DNA of 64,000 bases from Desulfosporosinus sp. (lineage in GTDB: Bacteria; Bacillota; Desulfitobacteriia; Desulfitobacteriales; Desulfitobacteriaceae), in assembly GCA_020692355.1 (NCBI GenBank), contig JAIMKP010000012.1:5724-69723 (forward strand), given 5' to 3'. Numbering within the stretch: position 1 is the stretch's first letter; every line of letters starts with the position of its first letter. The notes beneath the pieces were generated by a model. It was not told the DNA's origin and ran no database searches. It saw only the letters and a list, made by a program, of their open reading frames with translations. Positions 1 to 10,709 of the stretch are shown one piece after another. A program made the position numbers and the translations under genes.

Positions 1-166
1 GCAAAACCACACCGGGAAGATAGCGCACATTTTCCCGCCTGTGTTTCAGATCATCCATTTCTTCCGCTCGCCGCCCCACGAGCGCCACCTGATGCCCGGC
101 CTTTGCCAAAAGCACCGCCAAAGCGGTTCCCCAGCTTCCAGCCCCATAGACCGCAACTCTTTTCAT
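1..166 (-). CDS. gpsA: NAD(P)H-dependent glycerol-3-phosphate dehydrogenase, N-terminal part only (gene runs off left edge)
   Basis: Hand translation from ATG at 166 on minus strand gives MKRVAVYGAGSWGTALAVLLAKAGHQVALVGRR..., a GxGxxG Rossmann N-terminus typical of GpsA. GGAG lies upstream. The der-plsY-gpsA order is conserved in Firmicutes. Confidence 0.8.
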   Translation of the reverse strand, partial: MKRVAVYGAGSWGTALAVLLAKAGHQVALVGRRAEEMDDLKHRRENVRYLPGVVL

Positions 167-180
167 TCTTGCCACTCCCT

Positions 181-771
181 TCAGCGTTTTTTCTCGCCAA
201 ATCGGTGTTCTGTCCCGGCCCTGACCCGTTGAAAATTCGTGCGGTGGCGAATTAGCACCACACTCGCCGCCACCAAGCCAAAAACTTTATAAGCCGGCGG
301 CTCATTGAAAATCAGGACAGAGAGCGCAACGGTCACCGCTCCGGCGGCCGAACCCAAAGAAACGTACCGAGTGGCAATGACTAGAATCAGAAAGGCCAAA
401 ACTGCCAAAAAAGTGATTTTAGGCATTAAAACTGCCATGATACCTAGCCCCGAGGCAACCCCCTTCCCACTCGGTCGAAAACGGAAGAAGGGATTCCAGC
501 TGTGCCCGGCCATAGCCAAAAGTCCGCCGCCGATTCCTCCCCAGGCTCCAAAATAAAGGTAGGTGAGTTCTGCAGCCAACGCCCCTTTTAAGGCATCCCC
601 CAGGAGAACGGCGATGCCCCACTGCGGCCCCAACAAACGGAACGCGTTCGTGGTGCCGATGTTTCCGCTCCCGTGCTTGCGGACGTCAATATGTTTGAAG
701 CGTCCCGCAAGGTAGGCAAAGGGAATTGCTCCTAAAAAATAGGCCACGGCGAATAGAAAATAACTGGCCAT
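181..771 (-). CDS. plsY: glycerol-3-phosphate acyltransferase PlsY
   Basis: 196-aa polytopic membrane ORF with [11 protein letters not shown] motif typical of PlsY. Confidence 0.9.
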   Translation of the reverse strand: MASYFLFAVAYFLGAIPFAYLAGRFKHIDVRKHGSGNIGTTNAFRLLGPQWGIAVLLGDALKGALAAELTYLYFGAWGGIGGGLLAMAGHSWNPFFRFRPSGKGVASGLGIMAVLMPKITFLAVLAFLILVIATRYVSLGSAAGAVTVALSVLIFNEPPAYKVFGLVAASVVLIRHRTNFQRVRAGTEHRFGEKKR

Positions 772-790
772 CCTGCTCCTCTCCTCTTCT

Positions 791-2122
791 TCACGAATCT
801 TTCTCTTCGTCCCGGCGGCGCACGATCATGCGGATAGGCGAGCCCTCAAAACCAAAGCTCTTACGCAACTGATTCTCCAAGTAACGACGATAGGAAAAAT
901 GCACTTCCGAGTCATTAACAAATAACACAAACGTCGGCGGTTTGACACCGACTTGCGTGGCATAGAGGATCTTGAGCCGCCTGCCTCTGTCTGACGGAGG
1001 CGGGTTTAAATGCACCCATTCCCGCACTTGTTCATTGAGTGTGGCCGTCAGAATACGGGTGGAATTCTGTTCGGCCACAAAGTCAACCAGCTCCATCAGC
1101 TTGTTTACGCGCTGCCCGGTTTTCGCAGAAATATAGAGAGTTGGTGCATAGAGCATGAAACCAAGTTCTTCACGGATATCTTCATTAAACTTGTTCATGG
1201 TCTTATGATCCTTGTCGATCAGATCCCACTTATTGATCACAAGGACGATCCCCTTGCCTGCTTCATGGGCATACCCAGCGATCTTCTTATCCTGTTCCGT
1301 GACTCCGTCTGTCGCATCGAGGAGCATCAGCACCGCATCTGAGCGATCCACGGCTCGCAGGGAACGAATCACGCTGTAGTGCTCTGTTAATTCGAATATT
1401 TTTCCTTTCCGGCGCATCCCAGCGGTATCAATTAAGACATAATGCTTTCCTTCCCGCTCAAACGGGGTATCAATCGCATCGCGAGTCGTCCCCGGAATAT
1501 GGCTGACGATCACCCGTTCCTCGCCCAAGACGCTGTTGACCAAAGACGATTTCCCCACATTCGGTCGTCCAATCACGGCAATCCGGATCACATCAGGGTC
1601 AAACGTTTCTTCATCATCTTCCGGCAGATTCGAGACCACTTGATCTAACAGATCTCCGGTATTCATCCCATGGATAGCTGAAATCGGCACGGGCTCCCCT
1701 AGACCAAGCTCTAGAAATTCATACAACTCAGCTTCAGCCTTCTGGAAATTCTCAACCTTATTCGCTACGAGCAGCACGGGCTTACCCGAACGCCGAAGCA
1801 CTTGAGCAAGCGCCTCATCATCCGGCGATACAGGGGCTTGCGCATCCACCACGAAAACGATCACATCCGCTTCCTCGATCGCGATCTCCGCCTGTCTCCG
1901 CATCTGGGCAGACAAAACAGTAGTCTCATCCCGAAACTCGATCCCTCCAGTATCGATCAAGGTGAATTTGCGCCCGAGCCACTCTGCATCCCGATAAAGA
2001 CGATCCCGGGTAACCCCAGGCTTATCTTCGACAATGGCCACCAACCCTCCGGTAATCCGATTAAAGAGCGTTGACTTACCGACATTCGGCTTTCCTACAA
2101 TCGCCACCACTGGCTTGCTCAC
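791..2122 (-). CDS. der: ribosome-biogenesis GTPase Der (EngA), two tandem GTPase domains plus KH-like C-terminus
   Basis: Two P-loops ([18 protein letters not shown]) and two DTAG/DTGG motifs; 443 aa. Confidence 0.95.
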   Translation of the reverse strand: MSKPVVAIVGKPNVGKSTLFNRITGGLVAIVEDKPGVTRDRLYRDAEWLGRKFTLIDTGGIEFRDETTVLSAQMRRQAEIAIEEADVIVFVVDAQAPVSPDDEALAQVLRRSGKPVLLVANKVENFQKAEAELYEFLELGLGEPVPISAIHGMNTGDLLDQVVSNLPEDDEETFDPDVIRIAVIGRPNVGKSSLVNSVLGEERVIVSHIPGTTRDAIDTPFEREGKHYVLIDTAGMRRKGKIFELTEHYSVIRSLRAVDRSDAVLMLLDATDGVTEQDKKIAGYAHEAGKGIVLVINKWDLIDKDHKTMNKFNEDIREELGFMLYAPTLYISAKTGQRVNKLMELVDFVAEQNSTRILTATLNEQVREWVHLNPPPSDRGRRLKILYATQVGVKPPTFVLFVNDSEVHFSYRRYLENQLRKSFGFEGSPIRMIVRRRDEEKDS

Positions 2123-3471
2123 CCTACATCACCCTCCCACAGCTCTCCTATCAGCGCTGCCAAATAATCTCTGCCCTTATTCTCGACAACGACACACCGC
2201 CCATCAACCTGTTCTTCCAACCAAGCTATGTCCCGATCATCGAGAAAGACAGCTGCATCCGCTTTCAGCATCACACGCGGAATCAGAAAATCCTTGCCGC
2301 CAATCTTGCCTAACTGTTCCGCAATATCTCCAGCAGTCAACAACCCTGCGACTGTAACTTCGGACCCAAAGAAACGGTTCACGATGGGCTTAATGTAAAT
2401 CTGGAGACCTGAGGTGTGCTTGACTATGTTCTTCGCCCAATCTCGGAAAAATCCTGCTGCTGAGATTCCGGTAATGACATACACTTCGCGCGGCAACATC
2501 TCGACGGGAAGGACTTCCCAGGCCTCCTTCATCTCCGCCACGAATTTGCTCGCCATACCCACCCCGTTTTCGAGTTGGGGAAAACCGTCATACGCTTCCG
2601 GTTCAGGAAACTCCAAGCCAGCTAAGACATAAAACTCATCGGCAAAATAGACGAGATTTCTCTCAAAACGCCTGCGAAATGATTTCTGCCACTTAAAGCC
2701 ATCCTCTAAGATCGACCGAGCCTCCTCGCGACGAAAGCTTCTCAGCTCAGCAAGCCCTTCGCGGTAACGCGTAAGCCCTACCGGCACAACCGCAATGGAC
2801 TGCACCGCCGGATAGAGGGCAGCCAAGTTTTGCACCGTCTCAGCCAAAACTTCCCCATCGTTATACCCCGGAACCAGGACGATCTGAGCATGCATGGTAA
2901 TCCCGGCCTCAGCCAAGCGTCTCAGCTGCTCGCTCACGCGCCCTGTTTTCGGATTTTTCATCAGGCGCACCCTCGCTTCGGGATCCCAAGCGTGAACGGA
3001 TATGTACAAGGGACTTAAATGCAAGCGCAGGATCCGCTCAAACTCCGCCTCAGAGAGATTGGACAGCGTAATAAAACTCCCTTGCGTCAGGGAGAGGCGA
3101 TAATCATCATCCTTGGCATAGAGGGTCTGGCGCAACCCTGGGGGCATTTGTGCCACAAAACAAAAGACGCAGTTGTTTGTACAATATTTTAATCCTTCAC
3201 CACTAACCCCCTCAAATTCCAACCCAAGATGTTCATCCAGATCGCGCTCGATAGCATATTCCCAAACCTCCCCTTCAGGCTTTTGGATGAAGAGCGTAAA
3301 CTCATCCTCAGCGGTCAGGTATTGAAAATCCAGAATATCCCCGACCATCTGCTCATCGACAGCCACGATTACGTCTCCGGGAAGAATCTTCAATTCGTCA
3401 GCAATGCTCCCCGGTTGGACACGGGCAACCAACAACCCTTGTGGCACACCAATCCCTACTTCCTGTAACAA
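2119..3471 (-). CDS. DUF512-type protein with N-terminal PDZ domain and Cys-rich (CTNNCVFCF) FeS-like motif
   Basis: 450-aa ORF overlapping the der start by 4 nt. It has a PDZ-like N-terminus and a CxxxCxxC-like motif. The family assignment is from memory of DUF512 proteins upstream of der. Confidence 0.65.
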   Translation of the reverse strand: MLQEVGIGVPQGLLVARVQPGSIADELKILPGDVIVAVDEQMVGDILDFQYLTAEDEFTLFIQKPEGEVWEYAIERDLDEHLGLEFEGVSGEGLKYCTNNCVFCFVAQMPPGLRQTLYAKDDDYRLSLTQGSFITLSNLSEAEFERILRLHLSPLYISVHAWDPEARVRLMKNPKTGRVSEQLRRLAEAGITMHAQIVLVPGYNDGEVLAETVQNLAALYPAVQSIAVVPVGLTRYREGLAELRSFRREEARSILEDGFKWQKSFRRRFERNLVYFADEFYVLAGLEFPEPEAYDGFPQLENGVGMASKFVAEMKEAWEVLPVEMLPREVYVITGISAAGFFRDWAKNIVKHTSGLQIYIKPIVNRFFGSEVTVAGLLTAGDIAEQLGKIGGKDFLIPRVMLKADAAVFLDDRDIAWLEEQVDGRCVVVENKGRDYLAALIGELWEGDVG

Positions 3472-3473
3472 TT

Positions 3474-4097
3474 TTATACATCCGGCTCTCCGTCACGCCC
3501 TAGCACCGCAACCGGCACTCGTTCACTCAGGCTTCCCTCGATGCTTTCCTTTTTTAGTTCCAGAAGCGGCTTCGTCAAGCCGAACAACAAAATTCCCACC
3601 GCTCCGGCATGCCAGAAAAACGGATCTGGTACATCCTGGTGCCTAAAAAGCCCTCCATAAACCAAAAGCGAAAACCCTTCCTTGAAGAGCAGGCTTCCGC
3701 CCACAGCCGCAGCCATTCCCCAATACGATCGGGAAGCAAGCCAAGCCGTTAAAAAAAGGGCCCCTAGAAAAAGCCAATGCTCCAGAGGGATAATGCCAGG
3801 TTCATTGGCCACCAAGAGAACTTCAGCTACGAGAACAACACTCGGCACGATCAAGGACAAAAGCCTCTTTGGGGAACGGCGCCAAGCCCCGCCAAAGAAT
3901 ACCACTAAGACGGCCAAACGAGCAACATTCCAATGCAACGGTGTGTAGGCGATAAGGCCTTCCACGATTTTTCCGCCCACCCAAGTCAAACTAAGCCAGA
4001 ATAAAAAACGACGTAGGGCTAATTTCTCGGCCCAGGCGATCAAACATGTGATGAGTAGAATCCATTCACCATAGGGAAGCACAAAAAACCCCTCCAT
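3474..4097 (-). CDS. hypothetical integral membrane protein
   Basis: Multi-TM ORF. The start is moved to MEGFFVLPYGEW (ATG 4097) because the longer ORF overlaps the FtsW-family gene. A GGGAAGGG SD-like sequence lies upstream. Confidence 0.45.
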   Translation of the reverse strand: MEGFFVLPYGEWILLITCLIAWAEKLALRRFLFWLSLTWVGGKIVEGLIAYTPLHWNVARLAVLVVFFGGAWRRSPKRLLSLIVPSVVLVAEVLLVANEPGIIPLEHWLFLGALFLTAWLASRSYWGMAAAVGGSLLFKEGFSLLVYGGLFRHQDVPDPFFWHAGAVGILLFGLTKPLLELKKESIEGSLSERVPVAVLGRDGEPDV

Positions 4098-4140
4098 TCG
4101 TTCGGGTTTCCCTTCCCTAGTGTTCCCAAGCCAAAGAACT

Positions 4141-5313
4141 TTAGACAGATGGTTGAGCCGATGCCTGTTTTTCGGATCGAACTGAGGGCGAAGCAGCACG
4201 GTAACGGGAAATATTGAGGAGTAACCCCAATTCCACCATGGTAATGAGCAGCGAGTTTCCTCCATAAGAAATCATCGGCAGGGTGATCCCGGTCACCGGG
4301 ATAACTCCCGTCACGACCGCCATGTTCATAACAGTTTGAATCGCCAAACTCGACGTAATGCCAAATGCGAGCAAACGTCCGAACCGATCGGGACAGGCGC
4401 GGGCCACGTGATACCCTCTGATGATCAAGTAGATATAGAGAAGCAGGAGAGTCGTCGTGCCTAATAGCCCCAATTCCTCACCCACCATGGCAAAAATTGT
4501 GTCCGTGTGGTTTTCTGGCAAAAAACCGTACTTCTGCAAACTTCGTCCCAAACCCACTCCAAACATTCCGCCGGAACCGAATGCGATTTCCGCATTCGTG
4601 ATCTGGTAGCCTGAACTGTTCGGATAAGCCCAGGGATCGAGCCAGACCAAAATTCGTTTCCACTGATAATCATTGCCCCGAACCAGATGATAACCCGCCG
4701 TGATGATCACCGGAAAAGCCCCCGCAAACCACCTGAACGGGAGTTCAGTCTGAAGCAGTAGAGCTACAGCGCTCGCCCCGATGACCAACATCGTCCCTAA
4801 ATCCGGCTGTTTATAAACCAAATAAAGGAAGGGAGCAAGCACAAGGAGTGGAATCGTTAAATCCTTGGCTTTTTGCACCGGATAACGGTCAAGGATGTGC
4901 GCATAAAAGAGAATTACAGCCAATTTCGAAATCTCGGATGGCTGCACACTCATCCCAGCGACATCGAGCCAGCGGGCTGAACCCGCGACCACAACCCCCG
5001 CGTCCGTAAAGTGAACCACGGCTAGCAAACCCGCACTGAACAAAATTCCAGCCCCGGCCCACTTGCGCCAAAAGGTATACGGCACCCTCGCCGTCAAAAC
5101 GGCCGCAGCCCCGCCCAAGACCGCCCACTTTAATTGCTGGAAAACATAGTAATAGCTATTTTGCGTGGCATTATAGCCCCGAACGGCTCCCGCGCTCAAT
5201 ACCATGATTAGCCCAAAGGCTAAAAGAGCCAGGCCAGCAAAGAGAATACCAAAATCAAACCCTGTTGTAGCGCGTTTTTTTGTTTTTTGGGATTCCTTTC
5301 GACGGGTGCCCAC
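4141..5313 (-). CDS. FtsW/RodA/SpoVE-family SEDS peptidoglycan glycosyltransferase
   Basis: 390-aa, ~10-TM protein with typical SEDS C-terminal motifs (PLPMISYGGNS-like: TLPMISYGGNS). Confidence 0.85.
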   Translation of the reverse strand: MGTRRKESQKTKKRATTGFDFGILFAGLALLAFGLIMVLSAGAVRGYNATQNSYYYVFQQLKWAVLGGAAAVLTARVPYTFWRKWAGAGILFSAGLLAVVHFTDAGVVVAGSARWLDVAGMSVQPSEISKLAVILFYAHILDRYPVQKAKDLTIPLLVLAPFLYLVYKQPDLGTMLVIGASAVALLLQTELPFRWFAGAFPVIITAGYHLVRGNDYQWKRILVWLDPWAYPNSSGYQITNAEIAFGSGGMFGVGLGRSLQKYGFLPENHTDTIFAMVGEELGLLGTTTLLLLYIYLIIRGYHVARACPDRFGRLLAFGITSSLAIQTVMNMAVVTGVIPVTGITLPMISYGGNSLLITMVELGLLLNISRYRAASPSVRSEKQASAQPSV

Positions 5314-5410
5314 CGCTACCCCTCCTGATCAAGAAAACCTCACTATACTGAAAGTAAAAGACTTCTCACCGTTGCTAAGGCAAGAAGTCGAGCTCCCTCT
5401 TTCCTAAGGG

Positions 5411-7423
5411 TTATTCTTCGGTTTTATCTGCTGAAACCGTGTCCCCTATCGTCACCGGGGCGATTTCCGGTTGATTCACCAGAAGCTCGGCATCCACTTC
5501 TGCACTGGCCTCCGCGATGGCTTCACGAATGCTCAAGCTGATGCGCTTCTCCTCCGGCTTGACTTCGCTCACCTTGGCACTAATCATATCTCCCACTTTG
5601 ACCGCGTCTTCTACTTTCACCACACGGCGATCCGAGAGTTGGGAAATATGAACCAAGGCATCCACTCCGTCTTCCAATTGGACGAAGGCACCAAACGGAG
5701 CCAAGCGCACGACTTTGCCACTAACCAAAGAACCTACAGGGTATTTCTCCGCCACCGTGGCCCAGGGGCTTTGTTTAAGTTGTTTCAGCCCCAAGGAGAC
5801 CTTCTCATGTTCGCGATCCACCTTGAGCACTTGTACTTCCACTTCATCCCCGACATTGACAAACTCCGAAGGATGCTTCACACGGGAGTAGGCTATGTCT
5901 GACACATGGAGTAGGCCATCCATCCCACCGATATCGACAAAAGCCCCGAAATTCGTCAAGCGGCGTACGATCCCTTTGACGACCTCCCCTTCTTGAAGGG
6001 TTTCGAGAAGGCGTGCCTTTTTCGTGCTTTGCTCCTCAGCCAAAATCACCTTCTGTGAAAGTACAACCTTTTTCTTGTCCGGATCAAAGTCAATGACACG
6101 CATCCGCAAAGTCTGGCCTAAGAATTGGTTCAGATCTTCCACGTAGCCGAACTGGATCTGGGAAGCCGGTACAAACCCACGCATCCCAACATCCACCAGC
6201 AATCCACCTTTAACCACTTCTGCAACCTTGGCCTGAATCTCCTCCTGACTCTCAAAAGCCTTCTCCAGCCGTTTAGCCGCTTCGACCTCGCCAGCCCGGC
6301 GCCGGGAGAGGACAGGATATCCTTCCTCATTCTCCACCCGCAGCACCAGTACGGTCACTCGATCGCCCAGCGCGACCACTTCCTCAGGCCGCTCCACCCG
6401 AGCGACCGAAAGCTCCCGCAGAGAAATGATCCCTTCGGACTTCCAGCCAATATCTACAAAAACCTCATTATCCGTAATCTTGACGACCGTCCCAGTCACG
6501 ACAGCTCCTCGGTGAATCTTCTGCAGCCCTTCATCCCAGGCCTCCATATTTCCTTCCTTATGTTCAATGTTGTCCATCTCCAGCTGGGACTCGTTCTCGT
6601 TCATTTCCGACATCTTCCTAAAAACCTCCTCAATAATCCAATCCGGTGTCGAAGCACCGGCTGTCAGACCTGCTGTTTTCGCCCCTTGAAACCAGACTGA
6701 CTGCAATTCCTCTTCGGTTTCGATTAAATATGTCTTAGCGTGCTCGGAACAAATGTCTGCCAGCTTACGGGTATTGGCACTGTTCCGACCGCCCACGACC
6801 ACCATAACATCCACCTGCACCGCCAGTTCGCGCGCCACTTCTTGGCGCTCTTCTGTGGCATTGCAGATCGTATTGTGAATAGTCAACCGCTCCGTATGTT
6901 GTCTTAATTCTTCCACGATGCCTTGGAAATTCCCTGCTGGCTGGGTTGTTTGCGCCAACACGGCAATACAGTCATAGCGCGGCAGCTGCTCTGACTCCTC
7001 CAAGGTCTCAACGGACACGGCACCCTTACCGGCCCACCCTAAAATCCCCTGGACTTCTGGGTGATGCTTGTCTCCTACCACTACCACCTGACAGGTTTTA
7101 GCCGATTCGGCCGCCAAACGTTGGGCTTTTTGCACAAAAGGGCAGGTCGCATCCACTATATTGATTTCTTTAGCCTCAGCCGCCTGATAGACCGCTGGCG
7201 GAACGCCATGAGAACGGACAATCAACGTCTGCCCTGTGCGGGCTTCCTCAACAGCATGTACCACTTGGATCCCCTTCTTAGCCATGCGATCGACGACCTG
7301 CTGATTATGGATAAGCGGCCCTAAAGTTACTGTTTCCGAAACTGCAGCTGTCCTATCTGCCATTTCCAGTGCCCGTTTGACCCCGAAACAGAATCCTGCC
7401 TTAGTGGCCCGGATAACTTTCAA
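5411..7423 (-). CDS. ispH: bifunctional 4-hydroxy-3-methylbut-2-enyl diphosphate reductase (IspH/LytB) fused to four S1 RNA-binding domains (ribosomal protein S1-like)
   Basis: N-terminal ~280 aa carries IspH motifs (GFCFGVKRA, TCPFV, NTICNAT). C-terminal ~380 aa has repeated S1 folds (G.V..I..FGAFV). Confidence 0.9.
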   Translation of the reverse strand: MKVIRATKAGFCFGVKRALEMADRTAAVSETVTLGPLIHNQQVVDRMAKKGIQVVHAVEEARTGQTLIVRSHGVPPAVYQAAEAKEINIVDATCPFVQKAQRLAAESAKTCQVVVVGDKHHPEVQGILGWAGKGAVSVETLEESEQLPRYDCIAVLAQTTQPAGNFQGIVEELRQHTERLTIHNTICNATEERQEVARELAVQVDVMVVVGGRNSANTRKLADICSEHAKTYLIETEEELQSVWFQGAKTAGLTAGASTPDWIIEEVFRKMSEMNENESQLEMDNIEHKEGNMEAWDEGLQKIHRGAVVTGTVVKITDNEVFVDIGWKSEGIISLRELSVARVERPEEVVALGDRVTVLVLRVENEEGYPVLSRRRAGEVEAAKRLEKAFESQEEIQAKVAEVVKGGLLVDVGMRGFVPASQIQFGYVEDLNQFLGQTLRMRVIDFDPDKKKVVLSQKVILAEEQSTKKARLLETLQEGEVVKGIVRRLTNFGAFVDIGGMDGLLHVSDIAYSRVKHPSEFVNVGDEVEVQVLKVDREHEKVSLGLKQLKQSPWATVAEKYPVGSLVSGKVVRLAPFGAFVQLEDGVDALVHISQLSDRRVVKVEDAVKVGDMISAKVSEVKPEEKRISLSIREAIAEASAEVDAELLVNQPEIAPVTIGDTVSADKTEE

Positions 7424-7561
7424 CCTTGTCCCTCCTAAAACTTAAAGGCAACGTAAAGAAACTATTCGCTGCCTAGCTGAAAACTCCTGCTAAAAAGATT
7501 CATTTTTCCTTATTAAGGTTCCCTCTCCGTCAAAAAACATGCCCTATAGAGCATTACGCCT

Positions 7562-8152
7562 TTATTTTTGCAGACTTTGAATGGCCTCCATAATCTGGAC
7601 AGTCACCCATTCGCGGCGGTTTTCCACGTCTTCCGGGGCTTTAAGCATCTCCGGGGTCAGAGGGTTTCCCACGATGAGACCTATTTTTCCCCGCCTTTGG
7701 CTGAGCAAATGTTTCGTGCCATACACCCGGATGGGGACAATGGGTGCTTTGACTTTATCCATTAAGAGCACGATCCCCGGAAGGCCTTTTTGCATTTCAT
7801 CCGTTTTCGAGCGCGTACCCTCGGGAAATAACCCCAAGACACGTTCTTCCTTTAAAATCGCAATGGCCTGGCGTATCGCTCCGGTATCTGATCGGCTACG
7901 TTTTACTGGAAAAGCCCCCAACTTCCGTATCGCTCCACCCAGTAGGGGAACAGAAAACAGTTCTTCCTTAGCCATGTAGCAGACCTGACGTTCCAAGCTA
8001 CAACCGACTAAGATCGGATCCCAAAAGCTCATATGGTTTACCGCCAGAATCACAGGACCAGCGGGCGGCAGCTTCTCCGCCCCTTCGATTTTCCACCCTT
8101 TTAGCTGAAAAAGGAGCCGGAAAAACCCTCTCGCGAACCCGTAAAATGTCAT
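7562..8152 (-). CDS. plsC: 1-acyl-sn-glycerol-3-phosphate acyltransferase
   Basis: 196 aa with NHMSFWD (HxxxxD) and FPEGTRS acyltransferase motifs. Confidence 0.8.
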   Translation of the reverse strand: MTFYGFARGFFRLLFQLKGWKIEGAEKLPPAGPVILAVNHMSFWDPILVGCSLERQVCYMAKEELFSVPLLGGAIRKLGAFPVKRSRSDTGAIRQAIAILKEERVLGLFPEGTRSKTDEMQKGLPGIVLLMDKVKAPIVPIRVYGTKHLLSQRRGKIGLIVGNPLTPEMLKAPEDVENRREWVTVQIMEAIQSLQK

Positions 8153-8820
8153 CGGTACTCCTCCCGAACCATCGCAATAACCCGCTCTATGATCGTTTCC
8201 ACACTGAGGCCAGTCGTGTCCAAGAGGATCGCATCTTTGGCTTCCTCCAGGGGTGCCATTTCCCTCTGCGTATCCCTACGGTCGCGCTCAGCCATATCCT
8301 GAGCCACTTCCTCCAGGGTGAGATTCTTTCCAGAACGCTGAAGTTCGAGCCAGCGCCGCCGTGCCCGCTCCAATGGATCCGCAGTGAGGAATATTTTCAA
8401 ATCCGCATGAGGCAGGACATGTGTGCCGATATCCCGTCCATCCATCACAACTCCCCCGCGCCGAGCCTCGGCGCGCTGTAACTCCACCAGCCTCCGGCGC
8501 ACGGCAGGGTAAGCCGCCACAACCGACACCCCTTTGCTCACTTCCGGCGTGCGGAGTCCCTCGGTCACGTCTAGACCATCACACCACACCCGCTCATCCG
8601 CAGAAAACTCAATCCGGATGTCCTCGGCCAAAGCTGAGACAGCCGCCTCATCCCCAATGGGCACACCCTCTTGTAAAGCCTTATAGGCAATCGTACGGTA
8701 CATTGCCCCCGTGTCTAAGTAAAGAATCCCCAAACGCTTTGCCACTTCTTTGGCCACCGTGCTTTTACCCGCACCCGCTGGCCCATCTATGGCAATTTGC
8801 CACCTGCCATTGCCTCTCAT
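8149..8820 (-). CDS. cmk: cytidylate kinase
   Basis: [14 protein letters not shown]-loop. Start placed at [13 protein letters not shown] (ATG 8820) rather than the longest ORF. Confidence 0.9.
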   Translation of the reverse strand: MRGNGRWQIAIDGPAGAGKSTVAKEVAKRLGILYLDTGAMYRTIAYKALQEGVPIGDEAAVSALAEDIRIEFSADERVWCDGLDVTEGLRTPEVSKGVSVVAAYPAVRRRLVELQRAEARRGGVVMDGRDIGTHVLPHADLKIFLTADPLERARRRWLELQRSGKNLTLEEVAQDMAERDRRDTQREMAPLEEAKDAILLDTTGLSVETIIERVIAMVREEYR

Positions 8821-8910
8821 GAAGTACTCCTCTTCGACCCAGAATAAGGACAACGCTATTATATCACAAACCTTAACATTGCTGCAGACAAATATAGGGT
8901 TGCCGTTTCT

Positions 8911-9408
8911 TTAGGCCCGCAATGTGCCCTCGTGGGGCGGGACTTCTTGCCAGCGTTCCAAACAGCTCAAGACTTTGCTGACCGCTGTGGGAATACCCTC
9001 TGCGGCTTTCTTTGTCGGATCGATGCCCCATTCCATGCTGTCCGGCTGAATCCCGATCACGACAATCTCATCCGGGAGCCCTCCAGTTAGGTGAGCCCAG
9101 TAGAGAACTTCGGCAAAACTCATTTGGTGCATCGATATTTTCCCGGTCGTGTACATCGGCACTTCATCCTTACCCCATTCGATTACTTCTCCCGGATCAA
9201 CTCCTGCATTGACGGCATCCAATATGATCAAGCGCTTTTTCGATTCCAGAAAACCCAATAGTTCTAGCCCTGAAGTGCCGCCATCCATTATCTCCACTTG
9301 CTCTGGGATTTGCCCCTGCAGTGCTTGCAAAATATGAACCCCGATCCCTTCATCCCGCCTGAGAAGATTTCCTAACGCCAAAATCCCAATTTCATCGTTT
9401 AGCTGCAT
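8911..9408 (-). CDS. hydrogenase maturation endopeptidase (HyaD/HybD/HycI family)
   Basis: 165 aa with GNLLRRDEGIG, ILDAV and MHQ motifs characteristic of NiFe-hydrogenase C-terminal proteases. Confidence 0.7.
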   Translation of the reverse strand: MQLNDEIGILALGNLLRRDEGIGVHILQALQGQIPEQVEIMDGGTSGLELLGFLESKKRLIILDAVNAGVDPGEVIEWGKDEVPMYTTGKISMHQMSFAEVLYWAHLTGGLPDEIVVIGIQPDSMEWGIDPTKKAAEGIPTAVSKVLSCLERWQEVPPHEGTLRA

Positions 9409-9551
9409 CTGTTAAATGCCCCTTTCTGGTTTAACCTCTCGCAAAGCGAAATCTTCTTCTAAAAAGAGCATATGCTTGTGCCTGCAGATAGTGAATTTCC
9501 ACTTATGGAAACATATCCTTATTGTTAGATGCAGCCTCTGAATTATACATT

Positions 9552-10292
9552 TCAGCGCGTCACAGCAGCCATTAGTACAGCAGCGACCAAATTGTTCAAA
9601 GCATGAAAGGCCATCGAAGGATAGAGAGACTGATATTTATCATAGAGATGGACTAAAATAATTCCAAGAATAAAACGCGGGAAAAACCCGATCAGCTGAA
9701 GATGGAGCCCCGAAAACAGGATCGCGCTGAGCACGGCAGCCGTCCATTTGCCAAAATAGGATTTTAGCCCGCCAAAGACAATCCCGCGAAAGAGGGTTTC
9801 CTCGATCACTGGGGCCAAGACCCCGGCCAGAAGGACATTTAAGAGGAAGGTTAACGGAGTAACATGCCCCATCAACTGAGTGTAAACATCCGTTGTCGGC
9901 GGCGTGATCCCATAAAAGTAGATGATGAGGGAATAGATCAGGTTGATCGGCCAAGTCAGCAAATACCAACGGACGAGGCTCCCCCAAGCCCTGCCCATCT
10001 CAATCTTTCGCCAGCCTAAACGTTCCCGAGTCCAGCCCCGCCATTTCCCCAAGGATACGATCAAGAGGAGAAAGGCAAATTGCGTGGCAAACCCGTTGGC
10101 ATAGAGCAAAACCTGATTATTGGCTATCCAACCGGAAGCCCATAGCGTCAACCAGCCCAGCAGGGCATAAATGAGAATAATACCCAGGGTAATAAGTAAC
10201 AAATCCCGCCAATTAAACAGTTTTGGGGTTTCGCTTTCCACGCCAACAGCCCCTTTACATAAATTAAAGCCACCTTCTAAGACTATACCCAA
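9552..10292 (-). CDS. CPBP (CAAX) family intramembrane glutamic endopeptidase
   Basis: Multi-TM protein with EETLFRG and FHALNN motifs. Confidence 0.75.
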   Translation of the reverse strand: MGIVLEGGFNLCKGAVGVESETPKLFNWRDLLLITLGIILIYALLGWLTLWASGWIANNQVLLYANGFATQFAFLLLIVSLGKWRGWTRERLGWRKIEMGRAWGSLVRWYLLTWPINLIYSLIIYFYGITPPTTDVYTQLMGHVTPLTFLLNVLLAGVLAPVIEETLFRGIVFGGLKSYFGKWTAAVLSAILFSGLHLQLIGFFPRFILGIILVHLYDKYQSLYPSMAFHALNNLVAAVLMAAVTR

Positions 10293-10434
10293 GGAGGTAA
10301 AGCACCATGCAGTTGCATTATTCCCATCAAGGTTAGGCCCAACAAGGCGATTCCCTGGCTGATTTTTCCTCCTTTATCCATGACTATTTCGGGTCTCCAC
10401 ACCACAAACTAAGCCTAAAAGGAGGTTATGAAAA

Positions 10435-10662
10435 ATGTTCCTTCCTATGTTCCACCATTGCCATCGGTGCAGCCACCCTTTTTTGCATATCCTGGCCTGG
10501 CTAGGAGCCTTCCTTCTCGGTTGGGAATTAGGAAGGCAAGGATTTAATATGCCAAATTCACATGAGCATTTCAGCAAAAACTCCAGCACCAAACCAGAAG
10601 CCGATCCAAGCAGTGTGACTCTCGCTGAAGAAACCAGCGGACCGAGTGAACAGCCTCTCTAA
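10435..10662 (+). CDS. hypothetical small protein with His/Cys-rich N-terminus and one TM segment
   Basis: AAAGGAGG SD lies 9 nt upstream of the ATG. 75 aa, MFLPMFHHCHRCSHPFLH then a hydrophobic stretch. One of the few plus-strand ORFs not antisense to a gene. Confidence 0.3.
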   Translation: MFLPMFHHCHRCSHPFLHILAWLGAFLLGWELGRQGFNMPNSHEHFSKNSSTKPEADPSSVTLAEETSGPSEQPL

Positions 10663-10709
10663 AATACTGACCATACTGACCATTTTAACCAACAGCCCCA
10701 TGAGCCAAC

